A DNA stretch of 64,000 nucleotides from Bacteriovoracia bacterium (GTDB lineage: Bacteria; Bdellovibrionota; UBA1018; CAIPTA01): positions 1,184,001 to 1,248,000 of the forward strand of contig JBFWVL010000001.1 of NCBI GenBank assembly GCA_050246755.1. The letters run 5' to 3'. The stretch's first letter is position 1. Each line of letters starts with the position of its first letter. Position numbers and translations under genes: made by a program. Positions 47,132 through 57,484 of the stretch are shown in pieces. Under the pieces are notes generated by a model. It was not told the DNA's origin. It was given only the letters and a program-made list of their open reading frames with translations, and made no database searches.

Positions 47132-48670
47132 ATGAAAAATAACAGAATTGCCGTTCGCGGCGACAATACACTCGAAGGAACGATCTCCTTGGCGCCCGCC
47201 ATTGCGGCGCTTCGGTCCCGTTATCCCGAATCGGAGATCATCTTCGTGGGCAATGAGTCCATGCGTGAGGCGGCGGGCCTCTTGCCCGGAGTGAATGGTT
47301 TCTCGAGCGATTTTAATTCCGTAAATCCGGGCGCCACTTTTAGTATTTCGGGTCCTGCCGGATCTGAATCCGTAGACTGGAAAATTTATCTCGAAGGTCC
47401 AGCGTTAGGCGCCGAGGGTAACCCCTATCACCACATTGATCTTCTCCGGAAGGTAATAGGAGCCGATTTGGTGGACGTGAATTTCGAGCTTATAGCTCCT
47501 TCCACCGACACCGGCCTTCTTCCGCCCGGATTACTGAGTGGCGAAGAAGGCCTGCGGATCGCGATCTGCGTTGGCTCACTGGAAATCTCCGAACTAGAAG
47601 CGATTTTACAAGGCATATCCTCGCTCACCATTCCCCGCGAAGTATATCTAGTGGGAACCGTGAAGGACAAAAAGAAATCCTCCGAGATCATTTCTCGCCG
47701 TGATGGACAGCTGGCCATCCACGATCTATGCGGCCGCCTAACCCTAACCCAATTTTCGCAAGTGCTCCGTTCCGCCGATGTTTGCATCGCCGGCCCCGGA
47801 GCCAGCATTCTCCTTAGCTCCGGTTACGGAACATTTACTGTATGTTTCGATAACCAACCCAAACGCGGTCCGCTGCACTATCCTTATGGCCATGGCCACC
47901 TAGTGATCCAGAGCGCGGCCGAGCAAGATTTCGCCGCCAGCATCGGGCTGCTTACGCGGGAAATTCTCGAATATGCCGTGAGTGCCAACACGGGTAGCGT
48001 GCCCACACTGGACCAATGGCAGGCCTTCGCCGATTCCCGCTTGGATGAATATTTGGGGAAAATCCGTCTGCTCGCCACGCAGAGAATAGAGATCGTGCTC
48101 GACGAAGAAAAACGACTCACCGAGCTCTACCTGCGCCCGCTAATCTATCTCGGCTCGGAAGCCAGCGACGTGATGGAAACCTTTTACCGTTTACTGTGGG
48201 AACATTCGCTAAATGCCCGTACGCTCTCCAGCGAAGATATCGAGATGCTGCATCAGGATACGGTGGCTTCGATCTGCACGCTGCTTGCTCCCCTAGAAAA
48301 ACTATTCGAGTTATCGAAGTTCGGACATAGCTATTGTCAGCAGGTGAAGAAGGCGCTTATTGCGGGAGACGTGGGTCTAGCGCAGCAAGAATCATCGAAA
48401 GTGCAAGAAGTAGAAGAGTTGGTTTTTCAGCTAAGTGAAAGTTTTCCAGCTCTTAGCGCACTTTGTGCGTTTCATAGGAAGAGCCAGGCTCATATTCCTG
48501 AACTCGACGCGGTGGATATGGCGGAAGAAATGTCGGACGTATTCGCCGACCTCCAATCTCGAGTACTCGTGGTGCTCGACTTGGCCAAAACTTTGTTCCA
48601 TACTACTTTCCAGAAAGAGTCCGCGCAGCTAGCGGAATCCTCTCCGGTGGAGGGCTTATCCGATGGTTAA
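47132..48670 (+). CDS. Divergent GT9 (heptosyltransferase-fold) protein with helical C-terminal extension
   Basis: P.IAALRSRYPESEI, DLCGRLTL.Q...L, YPYG.GH; canonical GD and DSG..H motifs are not retained. Confidence 0.65.
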   Translation: MKNNRIAVRGDNTLEGTISLAPAIAALRSRYPESEIIFVGNESMREAAGLLPGVNGFSSDFNSVNPGATFSISGPAGSESVDWKIYLEGPALGAEGNPYHHIDLLRKVIGADLVDVNFELIAPSTDTGLLPPGLLSGEEGLRIAICVGSLEISELEAILQGISSLTIPREVYLVGTVKDKKKSSEIISRRDGQLAIHDLCGRLTLTQFSQVLRSADVCIAGPGASILLSSGYGTFTVCFDNQPKRGPLHYPYGHGHLVIQSAAEQDFAASIGLLTREILEYAVSANTGSVPTLDQWQAFADSRLDEYLGKIRLLATQRIEIVLDEEKRLTELYLRPLIYLGSEASDVMETFYRLLWEHSLNARTLSSEDIEMLHQDTVASICTLLAPLEKLFELSKFGHSYCQQVKKALIAGDVGLAQQESSKVQEVEELVFQLSESFPALSALCAFHRKSQAHIPELDAVDMAEEMSDVFADLQSRVLVVLDLAKTLFHTTFQKESAQLAESSPVEGLSDG

Positions 48671-49277
48671 TTTAGTTATTAATGGCAGAAGACATGAGAA
48701 AGAAGAAACCGTTCTCTTTGGTGAATTCCTGAACGGTCTCAATAAAGACTTGGCGTCGCGAGCGCAGGTTATTTCTATATTAAAAATCGACGGCCAAACC
48801 ATCGACGAGAAAAATGAAATTAGCTACGCCATGCGTGCACTGGGCCAAATCGGCAAGATTGAAATCACCACCGTTGATCAGTTGGAGCTCGCGTTCGAGG
48901 CCCTTACTTCGGCCAAGGCCTACAGTAAAAAACTTATCTCTTATTGCCGGCTAAATGCTCAAAGCTATAAGACGGGTAATATCAAAGAAGCCGATAAAAA
49001 TTTCGTGGATCTAGTAGAAGGCCTCGAGAATCTTACGCAGCTAATTATGGCGTCGCAAAGCATTCTGCGCGGCAAGTACCGCGGGATTCACACCAATGAT
49101 TCCTCGCTTCGTATCGCCCAGGTGCGCTTGGTTTCGGCGATCGAAGAATTACTTCCCGCCAAACGCGGAAACGATCACCAAATGCTCGCCGATATTCTCG
49201 GCAATGAGCTACCGGACGCTCTGCTCGAGATGGCCGAATATGGTATCCCGGTGCTGCAGCGGCTGCGCACCTCCTAA
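48663..49277 (+). CDS. Hypothetical protein of the flagellar locus
   Basis: Ubiquitin-like N-terminus (INGR, IDGQ) then helical D...LADIL..EL; overlaps the upstream gene. Confidence 0.75.
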   Translation: MVNLVINGRRHEKEETVLFGEFLNGLNKDLASRAQVISILKIDGQTIDEKNEISYAMRALGQIGKIEITTVDQLELAFEALTSAKAYSKKLISYCRLNAQSYKTGNIKEADKNFVDLVEGLENLTQLIMASQSILRGKYRGIHTNDSSLRIAQVRLVSAIEELLPAKRGNDHQMLADILGNELPDALLEMAEYGIPVLQRLRTS

Positions 49278-49280
49278 AAG

Positions 49281-51245
49281 ATGCCGGCCTCTCTTCGACT
49301 AAAACTGGTAGGCGAAGGGCCGGAAATCGATAGCATCGAGAACTCTATTCGCGCGGCGTCTATCGCCTACCAGCGATTTCCCGAAATCGAGGGCGCCTGC
49401 GAAAGCCAAGAGCTGGAACCGGCAGAAATTTTCTTGCTTAGCCCTTCGCTTTATTTTCAATCCCACCTAAGTCAAATTTCGAAGCTAGATCGTGCGCCCG
49501 AAGTCCTACTGGTGACCGGAAAGAAATTACCGAACTTAGCAAAAATTTTGGTTCCTCATCCCATTTATACCAATTGGGGCCCCGGTGAAATCGACTGGCA
49601 AATTCAGCGAGCCGCCGAATTCCACCGTCGCAAGCGCCGCCTAGACGCGCTTCGCGATCATCACAAGCGAAGCTGGAATTTAGAATCTAATCCCGCTATC
49701 AATCTCGTAACGAATTTGATGCGTAAATGCACCATGGCCGAGGAATATCAGGATCTACTCACCGCGGTGCTCACGCTGCGCTCGGTAATTGACTTTCACG
49801 ACTGCTGCCTTGTTACGCTCGATGGGGACCAAAACCTAATTGAAGGCTGGCACTGCCCACGAGAATCCAAAGAACGCTTTGAACGTATTGATTTAAGTAA
49901 AGCAGAGCCGCAGGTTCTCCGTTCCCTAGAGGAAGGCACTGCCCAGCTCTTTAGCACCGAGCAAGCTGGAAAATGGGAAAAATTCACCAAGCACCCTTGG
50001 AGTTTCGGCATGGCCATGCCTTTCTCCGTGCACGAAAGCCCCCGCCGCTCAAAGGCTGCTAAATCAGCGGTACTTCTGCTTTTTCGTCGGGAACTGGTGC
50101 CATTCGTGGAGCGGGATGTCTGGCTGCTGGAGCTCACCTATGGCCCGCTAGCGCTCGCCCTGGAAAAAATCGCGATGCTCAAGGCCATCGGTCAGGCGAG
50201 CAAAGAATGGCGCGCCACCTTCGACGGAATATCCGAACCGCTTACCGTAATTGACTCTACCTACCAAATCGTGAAAGCGAACAAAGCATTCGCGGCCCTA
50301 GTAGACCAAGACTACAAGAAACTTAAAGGGAAGCGTTGCTATTCTTTACTTGCCAACCGTCGCACCCCCTGTGTCGGATGTCCCGTCGGCATGGGAACTC
50401 AGCCGCAGGGTGGTTCTCGCGTGCAGCTGCAAGGCAAAATCCGCAAGGATCTTCTGGTTTGGTCTTACGGCATTCGCACCGGCCTGGAATCTTACCAGTT
50501 CCAATTTTATCGTAACGTTTCCAAAGAAACTGCGTTGGCTTCTACGCTTATCCAATCCGAGAAAATGGCGGCGCTCGGTCGCCTAGTGGGGGCGGTAGCG
50601 CACGAATTAAATAATCCCCTCGCCGGAATCTTAGCCACCAGCCAGATTCTTCTGCAGGAAGGCAAAGAAGACGGCCTGGATGCCGCCACGATGGATGATC
50701 TCGAAGAAATTCGTTCCGCTGCCTGGCGCTCCAAAAAGATTATCGATGATCTTCTCGGTTTCACTTCCACCGAGGAACAAAAACTCGTGGAAGCGAACTT
50801 GCTTGATGCCGTACGCTCAGCGCTCACCTTCTCCAAGGCCGCCCTGAAAGACGTAGCCGTTAAAGTGCATTCAGAAAAAGTCGTTCCGCGCGGAATCGTT
50901 TCTACGCACGCCCTGCAGCAAGTTCTCTTCAATCTGATCACGAATGCCGCCCAAGCCATGAACGGAAAGGGGGCGATCGAGATCTCGATCCGCGGCGAGG
51001 ACGAAAGTTACCGCATCGACGTAAAAGACTCCGGGCCTGGCATTCCGGCCGAAAAATTGAAAAATATCTTTGAGCCCTTCTTCACGAGCAAGCAAGAGGG
51101 AATGGGTACCGGCCTCGGGCTTTCCATTGTGCGCCACCTTACCCAAAAAATGAATGCTCGCCTCGAGGTAACGAGCGCCCCGGGCAAAGGCACTTGTTTC
51201 AGCATCTTCGTTCCACTTGCTCCTTCCCCCGAGGAAAAAGCATGA
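49281..51245 (+). CDS. Cytoplasmic sensor histidine kinase (GAF-like + PAS + HisKA/HATPase, NtrB-like)
   Basis: EW.ATFD.I, QSEKMAALG.LVGAVAHELNNPL, FEPFFTSK, GTGLGL. Confidence 0.92.
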   Translation: MPASLRLKLVGEGPEIDSIENSIRAASIAYQRFPEIEGACESQELEPAEIFLLSPSLYFQSHLSQISKLDRAPEVLLVTGKKLPNLAKILVPHPIYTNWGPGEIDWQIQRAAEFHRRKRRLDALRDHHKRSWNLESNPAINLVTNLMRKCTMAEEYQDLLTAVLTLRSVIDFHDCCLVTLDGDQNLIEGWHCPRESKERFERIDLSKAEPQVLRSLEEGTAQLFSTEQAGKWEKFTKHPWSFGMAMPFSVHESPRRSKAAKSAVLLLFRRELVPFVERDVWLLELTYGPLALALEKIAMLKAIGQASKEWRATFDGISEPLTVIDSTYQIVKANKAFAALVDQDYKKLKGKRCYSLLANRRTPCVGCPVGMGTQPQGGSRVQLQGKIRKDLLVWSYGIRTGLESYQFQFYRNVSKETALASTLIQSEKMAALGRLVGAVAHELNNPLAGILATSQILLQEGKEDGLDAATMDDLEEIRSAAWRSKKIIDDLLGFTSTEEQKLVEANLLDAVRSALTFSKAALKDVAVKVHSEKVVPRGIVSTHALQQVLFNLITNAAQAMNGKGAIEISIRGEDESYRIDVKDSGPGIPAEKLKNIFEPFFTSKQEGMGTGLGLSIVRHLTQKMNARLEVTSAPGKGTCFSIFVPLAPSPEEKA

Positions 51246-51601
51246 AAATTCTAGTGGTAGACGATGAAAAAATAATTTCTAGCAGCCTCCAGCGAGTGCT
51301 TACTCGCGCTGGCCACGAGGTAATGGTGGCAAATAACGGCGTAGAAGCATTGCGCATCATCTCCGAAAATAAAAAATTTGAAGTGGTTTTTCTGGATCTC
51401 CTGATGCCGGAAATCGGCGGCGCGGAAGTTCTGGATTTCGCGAAAAGAGCAATGCCCCAGGCTAAAGTATTGATGATGACGGCCTACGGGGATCTATCGG
51501 TGAAAGAAGATCTAGTGGCCCGCGGCGCGCTCCGAGTGCTTGCCAAGCCCTTCGACGACATTACTTTAATTCCGCAAATGGTAACAGAACTTGGGAATTA
51601 A
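51242..51601 (+). CDS. Single-domain response regulator (REC)
   Basis: MKILVVDDE, FLDLLMP, MTAY, KPF; ATGA overlap with the kinase. Confidence 0.92.
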   Translation: MKILVVDDEKIISSSLQRVLTRAGHEVMVANNGVEALRIISENKKFEVVFLDLLMPEIGGAEVLDFAKRAMPQAKVLMMTAYGDLSVKEDLVARGALRVLAKPFDDITLIPQMVTELGN

Positions 51602-53124
51602 AAAATCGCGGCCTTTTTCACGGTGGCGATCAGCGCACCCGGAAACAAGCCATAGTTAATCGTGAGAAATATGCAAATCGCGATTGCCAGGTAGGCAAAG
51701 TTAGATTTGCGGAATACCAGACTGGGCTCAGTTCCCTCGCTCATATACATGAGCACCACGAGGCGCAGGTAGTAGTAAACGGATACGGCGCTCGTGAGAA
51801 CGGCGATCAATACCAGCAGGCCTTCACCCGCTTCGAGGGCGCCCGAGAACATATAGTATTTTCCCACGAAGCCCGCGGTCGGCGGAAAGCCTCCCAGACT
51901 GAGCAAGAAAATCGTCAGCGCCGCGGCCACCCAGGGGTGGCGTTTTGCAAGGCCGGCCAGGCCCTGCGTGGTGAGCGCGCCGTCGGCTTTGCCGGCGAAG
52001 AGCGACATCAGGGTGAAAGCCCCGATATTCATCGCCGAATAGGCCACTAGGTAGAAAATAATTCCCGAATATCCCACCCAGGGACCCGCCAGTAGGCCCA
52101 CCAGCAAATAGCCCGTGTGGGCAATCGCCGAATAGGCCATTAGCCGCTTTAGGTTCGTCTGCATTAGAGCCACGAAATTCCCGATGAGCATGGTGGAAAG
52201 AGCAATCCACCAGAAGATCGTATGAATGAGATGAAATGCCTGCACGTGAGCGCCAATTCCATCCACCACCCCGTGTACCTGAGGCCCCCAAAAGGCATGC
52301 CCAACGCGAATCAGCGCTGCAAATACGGCGGCCTTCAAAGCGGTGGCCATATAGGAGGTAATGTTCGTAGGCGCGCCCTCGTATACGTCGGGGGCCCACA
52401 TGTGAAAAGGAGCAGCAGCAATTTTAAACAAGAACCCCACGAGCAAGAACACGAATCCCGCGATCAGCAGAGGATTCGAAAAGGCATCGGGTTGGGCGGT
52501 AAGGGCCTTCGAAATATCCACGAGCTTCGTGGTATTCAGAGCACCGTAGATCAGCGCCATTCCGTAGAGATAAATCGCAGCGGAAGCGCCGCCCATCACG
52601 AAATATTTTACCGAGGCTTCATTGCTGAACGCATTCATGCGGCGCATGCCCACGAGCACATACACCATGAGGCTCATCAGCTCGAGCGCCACGAAAAGCA
52701 TGAGGAGTTCTTCCGAGCAAGCCAGCAGCATCATACCGAGAGTGGAAGCGAGCAGGATCGGGTAAAATTCGGCGAAGTGGATCTCGCTTTCGTCGAGGTA
52801 GGAATAAGAGCCCATCATTACGAGTAAAGTGGCTCCACAGAGAAGCACATTAAAAAAAGACGAGAAGTAGTCGAGTACGATTGCGCCGCCAAATACGCGG
52901 ATGGGCTCCTGCACCCAATGGAGTTCCGTCCAAACGATGGTCATCACGAGTGTAATCGCCGAAAAGATAAAAAGCGGAAGCTTCTTGCCCGGGCCTTCGC
53001 CGAAGTGGACGGTAGCCAAAAGCATCGAAAGCATAATTCCCAGCGTGAGAATTAGGTACGGGCCGAGCGCCATCCACTGGGCCGTGGAGAGCACCAAGTT
53101 TTGTGGATTAATTATAGTGAGCAT
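51598..53124 (-). CDS. nuoN: NADH-quinone oxidoreductase subunit N
   Basis: EASVKYF, FKIAAAPFHMWAPDVYEGAP, KRLMAYS. Confidence 0.96.
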   Translation of the reverse strand: MLTIINPQNLVLSTAQWMALGPYLILTLGIMLSMLLATVHFGEGPGKKLPLFIFSAITLVMTIVWTELHWVQEPIRVFGGAIVLDYFSSFFNVLLCGATLLVMMGSYSYLDESEIHFAEFYPILLASTLGMMLLACSEELLMLFVALELMSLMVYVLVGMRRMNAFSNEASVKYFVMGGASAAIYLYGMALIYGALNTTKLVDISKALTAQPDAFSNPLLIAGFVFLLVGFLFKIAAAPFHMWAPDVYEGAPTNITSYMATALKAAVFAALIRVGHAFWGPQVHGVVDGIGAHVQAFHLIHTIFWWIALSTMLIGNFVALMQTNLKRLMAYSAIAHTGYLLVGLLAGPWVGYSGIIFYLVAYSAMNIGAFTLMSLFAGKADGALTTQGLAGLAKRHPWVAAALTIFLLSLGGFPPTAGFVGKYYMFSGALEAGEGLLVLIAVLTSAVSVYYYLRLVVLMYMSEGTEPSLVFRKSNFAYLAIAICIFLTINYGLFPGALIATVKKAAIF

Positions 53125-54667
53125 CGGGAATAGCCTTTCTCAGCAGGGCGGTCTCTTCGGGTGTAGGCACCGAAATGCGCTTCGTGAATTCTTTTACGGA
53201 AGGTTCCATGTGCCGGAAGAAGGTCTTAGGAAAGAGCCCCATATAACCAATGAGGAAAATCAGCGGGAGAAGATAAGCAAACTCTCTCCAGTTGATATCC
53301 GTTAGGCCTTCCGATTTTTTCGCGTCCGGCACGCCGAAAAGAATACGCTGGGTGAGCCAAAGCATATAGACGGCACCGAAAATCACCCCCGTAGCGGCCA
53401 GGGCCGTCCAGTAGGGGTGCGCGAGGAATCCACCCTGCAGAATGAGAAATTCGCCGATGAAACCATTCGTGCCCGGAAGCGCGATCGAGCTGAAAGTTAC
53501 TATGAGCCACACGATCGAAAAGAAAGGTAAAGTTTTGGCGAGACCGCTATACGCAATAATCTCGCGAGTATGTTTACGCTCGTAGAGAACACCTACCAAA
53601 AGGAAGAGCGCGCCGGTGGAAACGCCGTGATTCAGCATTTGATAGAGTGAGCCGGTGATCCCGATTTGATTTAGGGCGAAAAGACCAAGAATCACGTAAC
53701 CCATATGAGACACGGAGCTATACGCCACCAGCTTTTTGATATCGTCTTGCGCAATGGCCACAAAGGCACCATAAACGATCGCGATCGCGGCAATACCCAT
53801 CATCCAAGGAGCAACGATCGGCAAAATAGAAACCGAAAGCGGCATCGCGAAGCGCATGAGTCCGTAGCCGCCGAGCTTCAAGAGAACGCCCGCTAGAATC
53901 ACGGAACCTCCCGTTGGAGCCTGCACGTGGGCGTCCGGCAGCCAAGTATGCAGAGGGAAAAGCGGAACCTTGATTGCAAACGCCAAGGTAAAGGCCAGAA
54001 AGATCAGCCCTTGGGGGGTCATCATGTGTCCGCCGGCAAGCTGCAGCCTTAGAATATCTGGCAAGTAGGCCGAGTACCCGCCGAACTGCGCCTTCGTTTG
54101 GAAAACTAAATAGATAATTGCCACCAGCATCGGCACGGAACCGGCGAAAGTGTAGAGCAGGAATTTCTGGGCCGCGTAGATCTTGTCTTTGCCGCCCCAG
54201 ATTCCGATCAAGAAAAACATGGGAATCAACATCGCTTCCCAGAAAACGTAGAAGAGAAAAAGATCCAGCGCGAGGAAAGCGCCGAGGATGGTGCTTTCAA
54301 GCATCAGCATGAAGAAAAGGTATTTCTTGATGTCTTTCTCCACGGCGTGCCATGCGGACAGTACGATGATAGGAATCAAAAATGTCGTGAGTAAAATCAA
54401 ATAGAGGCTGATGCCGTCGATACCCAGCGCGTAGCGAGCTCCGATCTGGGGGAGCCAGTCCATTTGCGAAACCATCTGCAAACCGGCGTTGCCTATGTCG
54501 AAGTTTTTATACATGCAAATTGAAAGGGCAAAAATCGCGGAGGAACCGATAAAAGCGACCCAGCGCACGGCCACTTCTAGCTTGGAAGGAATCAAAGCTA
54601 CGATCACGGCCAGCAGGAGCGGGCTAAAGACCAAGCAAGAAAGAATATGTTCAGAAATGCCCTGCAT
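53108..54667 (-). CDS. nuoM: NADH-quinone oxidoreductase subunit M
   Basis: FYVFWE, KVPLFPLHTWLPDAHVQAP, AYSSVSHMG. Confidence 0.97.
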   Translation of the reverse strand: MQGISEHILSCLVFSPLLLAVIVALIPSKLEVAVRWVAFIGSSAIFALSICMYKNFDIGNAGLQMVSQMDWLPQIGARYALGIDGISLYLILLTTFLIPIIVLSAWHAVEKDIKKYLFFMLMLESTILGAFLALDLFLFYVFWEAMLIPMFFLIGIWGGKDKIYAAQKFLLYTFAGSVPMLVAIIYLVFQTKAQFGGYSAYLPDILRLQLAGGHMMTPQGLIFLAFTLAFAIKVPLFPLHTWLPDAHVQAPTGGSVILAGVLLKLGGYGLMRFAMPLSVSILPIVAPWMMGIAAIAIVYGAFVAIAQDDIKKLVAYSSVSHMGYVILGLFALNQIGITGSLYQMLNHGVSTGALFLLVGVLYERKHTREIIAYSGLAKTLPFFSIVWLIVTFSSIALPGTNGFIGEFLILQGGFLAHPYWTALAATGVIFGAVYMLWLTQRILFGVPDAKKSEGLTDINWREFAYLLPLIFLIGYMGLFPKTFFRHMEPSVKEFTKRISVPTPEETALLRKAIPDAHYN

Positions 54668-54676
54668 GTAGCTCTC

Positions 54677-56617
54677 CTAGAAAAAGCGCACTACGGTTAT
54701 CAGCAAAAACACCAGCATGCCCAGCATGAGCGCGGTGAGGTAATGTTCGAGCCGGCCCGTGTGCATCAAGCGCAAGGTGCGACCAGAAATTTTCGAAACT
54801 TTTGCGGTTAGCAGTACCGCCCCGTCGATTACCACCACGTCTACCATTTTCCAGAGAAAAACGGAGAAGGCGTGGATGGGACGAACCACCAAAGCCTCGT
54901 AAAACTCATTGAGGTAGTAGCTATTGTAGAGAAAAGAAAACAGCGGGCCTTCTTCTCGGCTTTCCGGTTTCGAGAGGAACAGCGTTTTCGCGAGGAAAAG
55001 GCAACCCACTGCCACCACCACAGAAACCAGCATGAGCCCCCATTCCATGGCCAGAGTTCCGTGCCCCTGACTAGCCGGAACGATTCCCTCGAGCAAATGC
55101 TCTAGGTAATTCGGGATTGAGTGGCCGCCGAGAAAATGAGGCACGCTGAGAAACCCACCCAATGCCGCGAGCGCCGCAAGAATAATCAGCGGAACCGTCA
55201 TTAAGGGAGGAGATTCGTGCAAGTGGTGGCGCACCTCTTCGGTAGAGCGATTCTTGCCGAGGAAGGTCAAGCACACGAGACGCCCCATGTACGTGGCGGT
55301 GAGCCCCGCGGTAGCCAGCCCAACGATATAGAGAGGCAATCCACCGAGAGGGCTGGAGAAGGTCTGCCAGAGAATCTCATCTTTGGAGAAGAACCCCGAA
55401 AAAATCGGCACACCAGAAATCGCGAGAGTTCCCACCACGAAGGTCCAGTAAGTAATCGGCATATACTTCTGCAGGCCGCCCATCTTTCGCATGTCTTGCT
55501 CGCCGCCGCAGGCGTGAATCACCGAGCCCGAGCCGAGGAACATCAATGCTTTGAAAAAAGCGTGAGTCATAAGATGGAAAATCGCGGTGGTATACGCGCC
55601 CACGCCCACGGCGAGGAACATATAACCGAGCTGACTCACGGTGGAGTATGCGAGCACTTTCTTGATATCCGTCTGCACGATCGCGATCGTCGCGGCCACG
55701 AACGCGGTCCCCACCCCGATCACCGCGATCACCGTCGAAGTAATCGGCGCGAGGCTGAATAGGAATCCTAGGCGGCAGCACATGTATACCCCGGCCGTCA
55801 CCATGGTAGCGGCGTGAATGAGAGCGGAAACGGGAGTAGGGCCGGCCATTGCATCGGGCAGCCAAACGAAGAGCGGAATCTGCGCCGATTTACCTGTAGC
55901 GCCCACGAAGAGCAAAAGGGTAATTACGGTTAGGATGCCGAAACCCACTTCCACCGAAAGACTTCCCATTGCCTCTTTCAGCTCCACAAAGTCGAGAGTG
56001 CTGAAATGCATGAAAATTAGGAACATGCCGAGGAGGAATCCAAGGTCTCCGATACGGTTCACTACAAAAGCTTTTTTTCCGGCCTTCGCCTTTTCGATAT
56101 CTTCGAACCAGAAACCAATTAGGAGGTAAGAGCAAAGCCCCACGCCTTCCCAGCCAATGAAGAGAATGGGCAGACTCGCGCCCAAGATGAGGATGAGCAT
56201 CGAGGCCGTGAACATATTGAGGTAGGTGAAATAGCGGGCGGGATTCTCGTCCTCATGCATGTAGGCGATCGAATAAATGTGAATTAGGCAACCAACGCCG
56301 CTCACTACGAGGGAAAGCACGCCGGAGAGCGCGTCCACGCGGAAACGCATCGGAATATTGAAGTTCGCCACTTCGATCCAAGAAAATGCCGTTTGCTCGA
56401 AGGCGGAGGAAACGCCCTCCTTGCCGGTGAGACGGAGATAGAGCGACACAGCCAATGCAAAGCTGCCGAAAACGCAGCCACTGGCGATCACGCCGGCCAA
56501 ATCGCCAGGAATTCGCGGGATTTTTTTCCAGGGTATAGCCCCGAACAATCCGTTAATCGTGGCGCCGATAAGCGGCAGCAGGACAATCCAACCTAAGAGA
56601 CTTGTTTGTTCGGTCAT
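54677..56617 (-). CDS. nuoL: NADH-quinone oxidoreductase subunit L
   Basis: GWEGVG, GKSAQ.PL..WLPDAMAGPTPVSALIHAATMV, HAFFKA. Confidence 0.97.
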   Translation of the reverse strand: MTEQTSLLGWIVLLPLIGATINGLFGAIPWKKIPRIPGDLAGVIASGCVFGSFALAVSLYLRLTGKEGVSSAFEQTAFSWIEVANFNIPMRFRVDALSGVLSLVVSGVGCLIHIYSIAYMHEDENPARYFTYLNMFTASMLILILGASLPILFIGWEGVGLCSYLLIGFWFEDIEKAKAGKKAFVVNRIGDLGFLLGMFLIFMHFSTLDFVELKEAMGSLSVEVGFGILTVITLLLFVGATGKSAQIPLFVWLPDAMAGPTPVSALIHAATMVTAGVYMCCRLGFLFSLAPITSTVIAVIGVGTAFVAATIAIVQTDIKKVLAYSTVSQLGYMFLAVGVGAYTTAIFHLMTHAFFKALMFLGSGSVIHACGGEQDMRKMGGLQKYMPITYWTFVVGTLAISGVPIFSGFFSKDEILWQTFSSPLGGLPLYIVGLATAGLTATYMGRLVCLTFLGKNRSTEEVRHHLHESPPLMTVPLIILAALAALGGFLSVPHFLGGHSIPNYLEHLLEGIVPASQGHGTLAMEWGLMLVSVVVAVGCLFLAKTLFLSKPESREEGPLFSFLYNSYYLNEFYEALVVRPIHAFSVFLWKMVDVVVIDGAVLLTAKVSKISGRTLRLMHTGRLEHYLTALMLGMLVFLLITVVRFF

Positions 56618-56627
56618 GACGAAATCC

Positions 56628-56945
56628 TTATTGCTTCATCTGGTTCAGCTGCGCGGTGCCCACTTCACGTAAGTTCCGATAGAGCGCAATTAAGAGGCCT
56701 AATCCGATCGCGCCCTCGGCGGCGGCCACGGTCACGATAAAAAACACCATGAGCTGGCCGTTCATATCTTGATTTAAGCGGGAAAAGGTCACGAGGGTGA
56801 GGTTCACGGCCGTGAGCATTAGCTCGATGCACATTAAAACCGCGATGAGGGAGCGGCGAAGCATAATGCCCGTAAGCCCAATCGCAAACAAGGCCGCGCC
56901 CGTTATTAGCGCTGGAAAAATCATGGGGTCCGCTAAGTGATGCAT
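56628..56945 (-). CDS. nuoK: NADH-quinone oxidoreductase subunit K
   Basis: MCIELM, VAAAE.AIGL. Confidence 0.95.
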   Translation of the reverse strand: MHHLADPMIFPALITGAALFAIGLTGIMLRRSLIAVLMCIELMLTAVNLTLVTFSRLNQDMNGQLMVFFIVTVAAAEGAIGLGLLIALYRNLREVGTAQLNQMKQ

Positions 56946-57484
56946 CAGTCCACCCTTCTTTTTGCCAGAACCACGCAGCCCACTACCGCGATGGAAAGCA
57001 GCATGCCCACCGTGAGGAAGGGCATTACGTAATCCGAAAACATAATTTCCGAAACCACTCTCACGTTTCCACCGTTCTCGGCCACGGCCGCCGAGGTGAA
57101 TGGGCCTTTATTCGCGGCGGGAATCGACTTCATAAAAATAATCGTCATCAACGCGCAGAATCCCACCGCAATCGCGATCGGTACCGGCCAAAAACCTCTG
57201 TTCGTAGGCCAATCGATTTCCACCTGCTCCACGCTGAGAAGCATGATCACGAACACGAAGAGCACCATGATCGCGCCGGCATAAACAAGAACTTGCACCG
57301 CGGAAACGAAATAGGCTTCCTGCATGGCGAATACTCCCGCCACATTCAGCAATACGGAGATCAGCGAGAAAGCACTCGATACTGGATTCTTCAATGCGAT
57401 CACGCCGATGGCGGAGAGCACGGCCAAGCCGCAAAAAAGATAAAAAAGAATTTGTGGGAGTAGATCCTGAAAAAATTCGTTCAT
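56945..57484 (-). CDS. nuoJ: NADH-quinone oxidoreductase subunit J
   Basis: NPV.SA, QVLVYAGAIMVLFVFVIML. Confidence 0.95.
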   Translation of the reverse strand: MNEFFQDLLPQILFYLFCGLAVLSAIGVIALKNPVSSAFSLISVLLNVAGVFAMQEAYFVSAVQVLVYAGAIMVLFVFVIMLLSVEQVEIDWPTNRGFWPVPIAIAVGFCALMTIIFMKSIPAANKGPFTSAAVAENGGNVRVVSEIMFSDYVMPFLTVGMLLSIAVVGCVVLAKRRVD

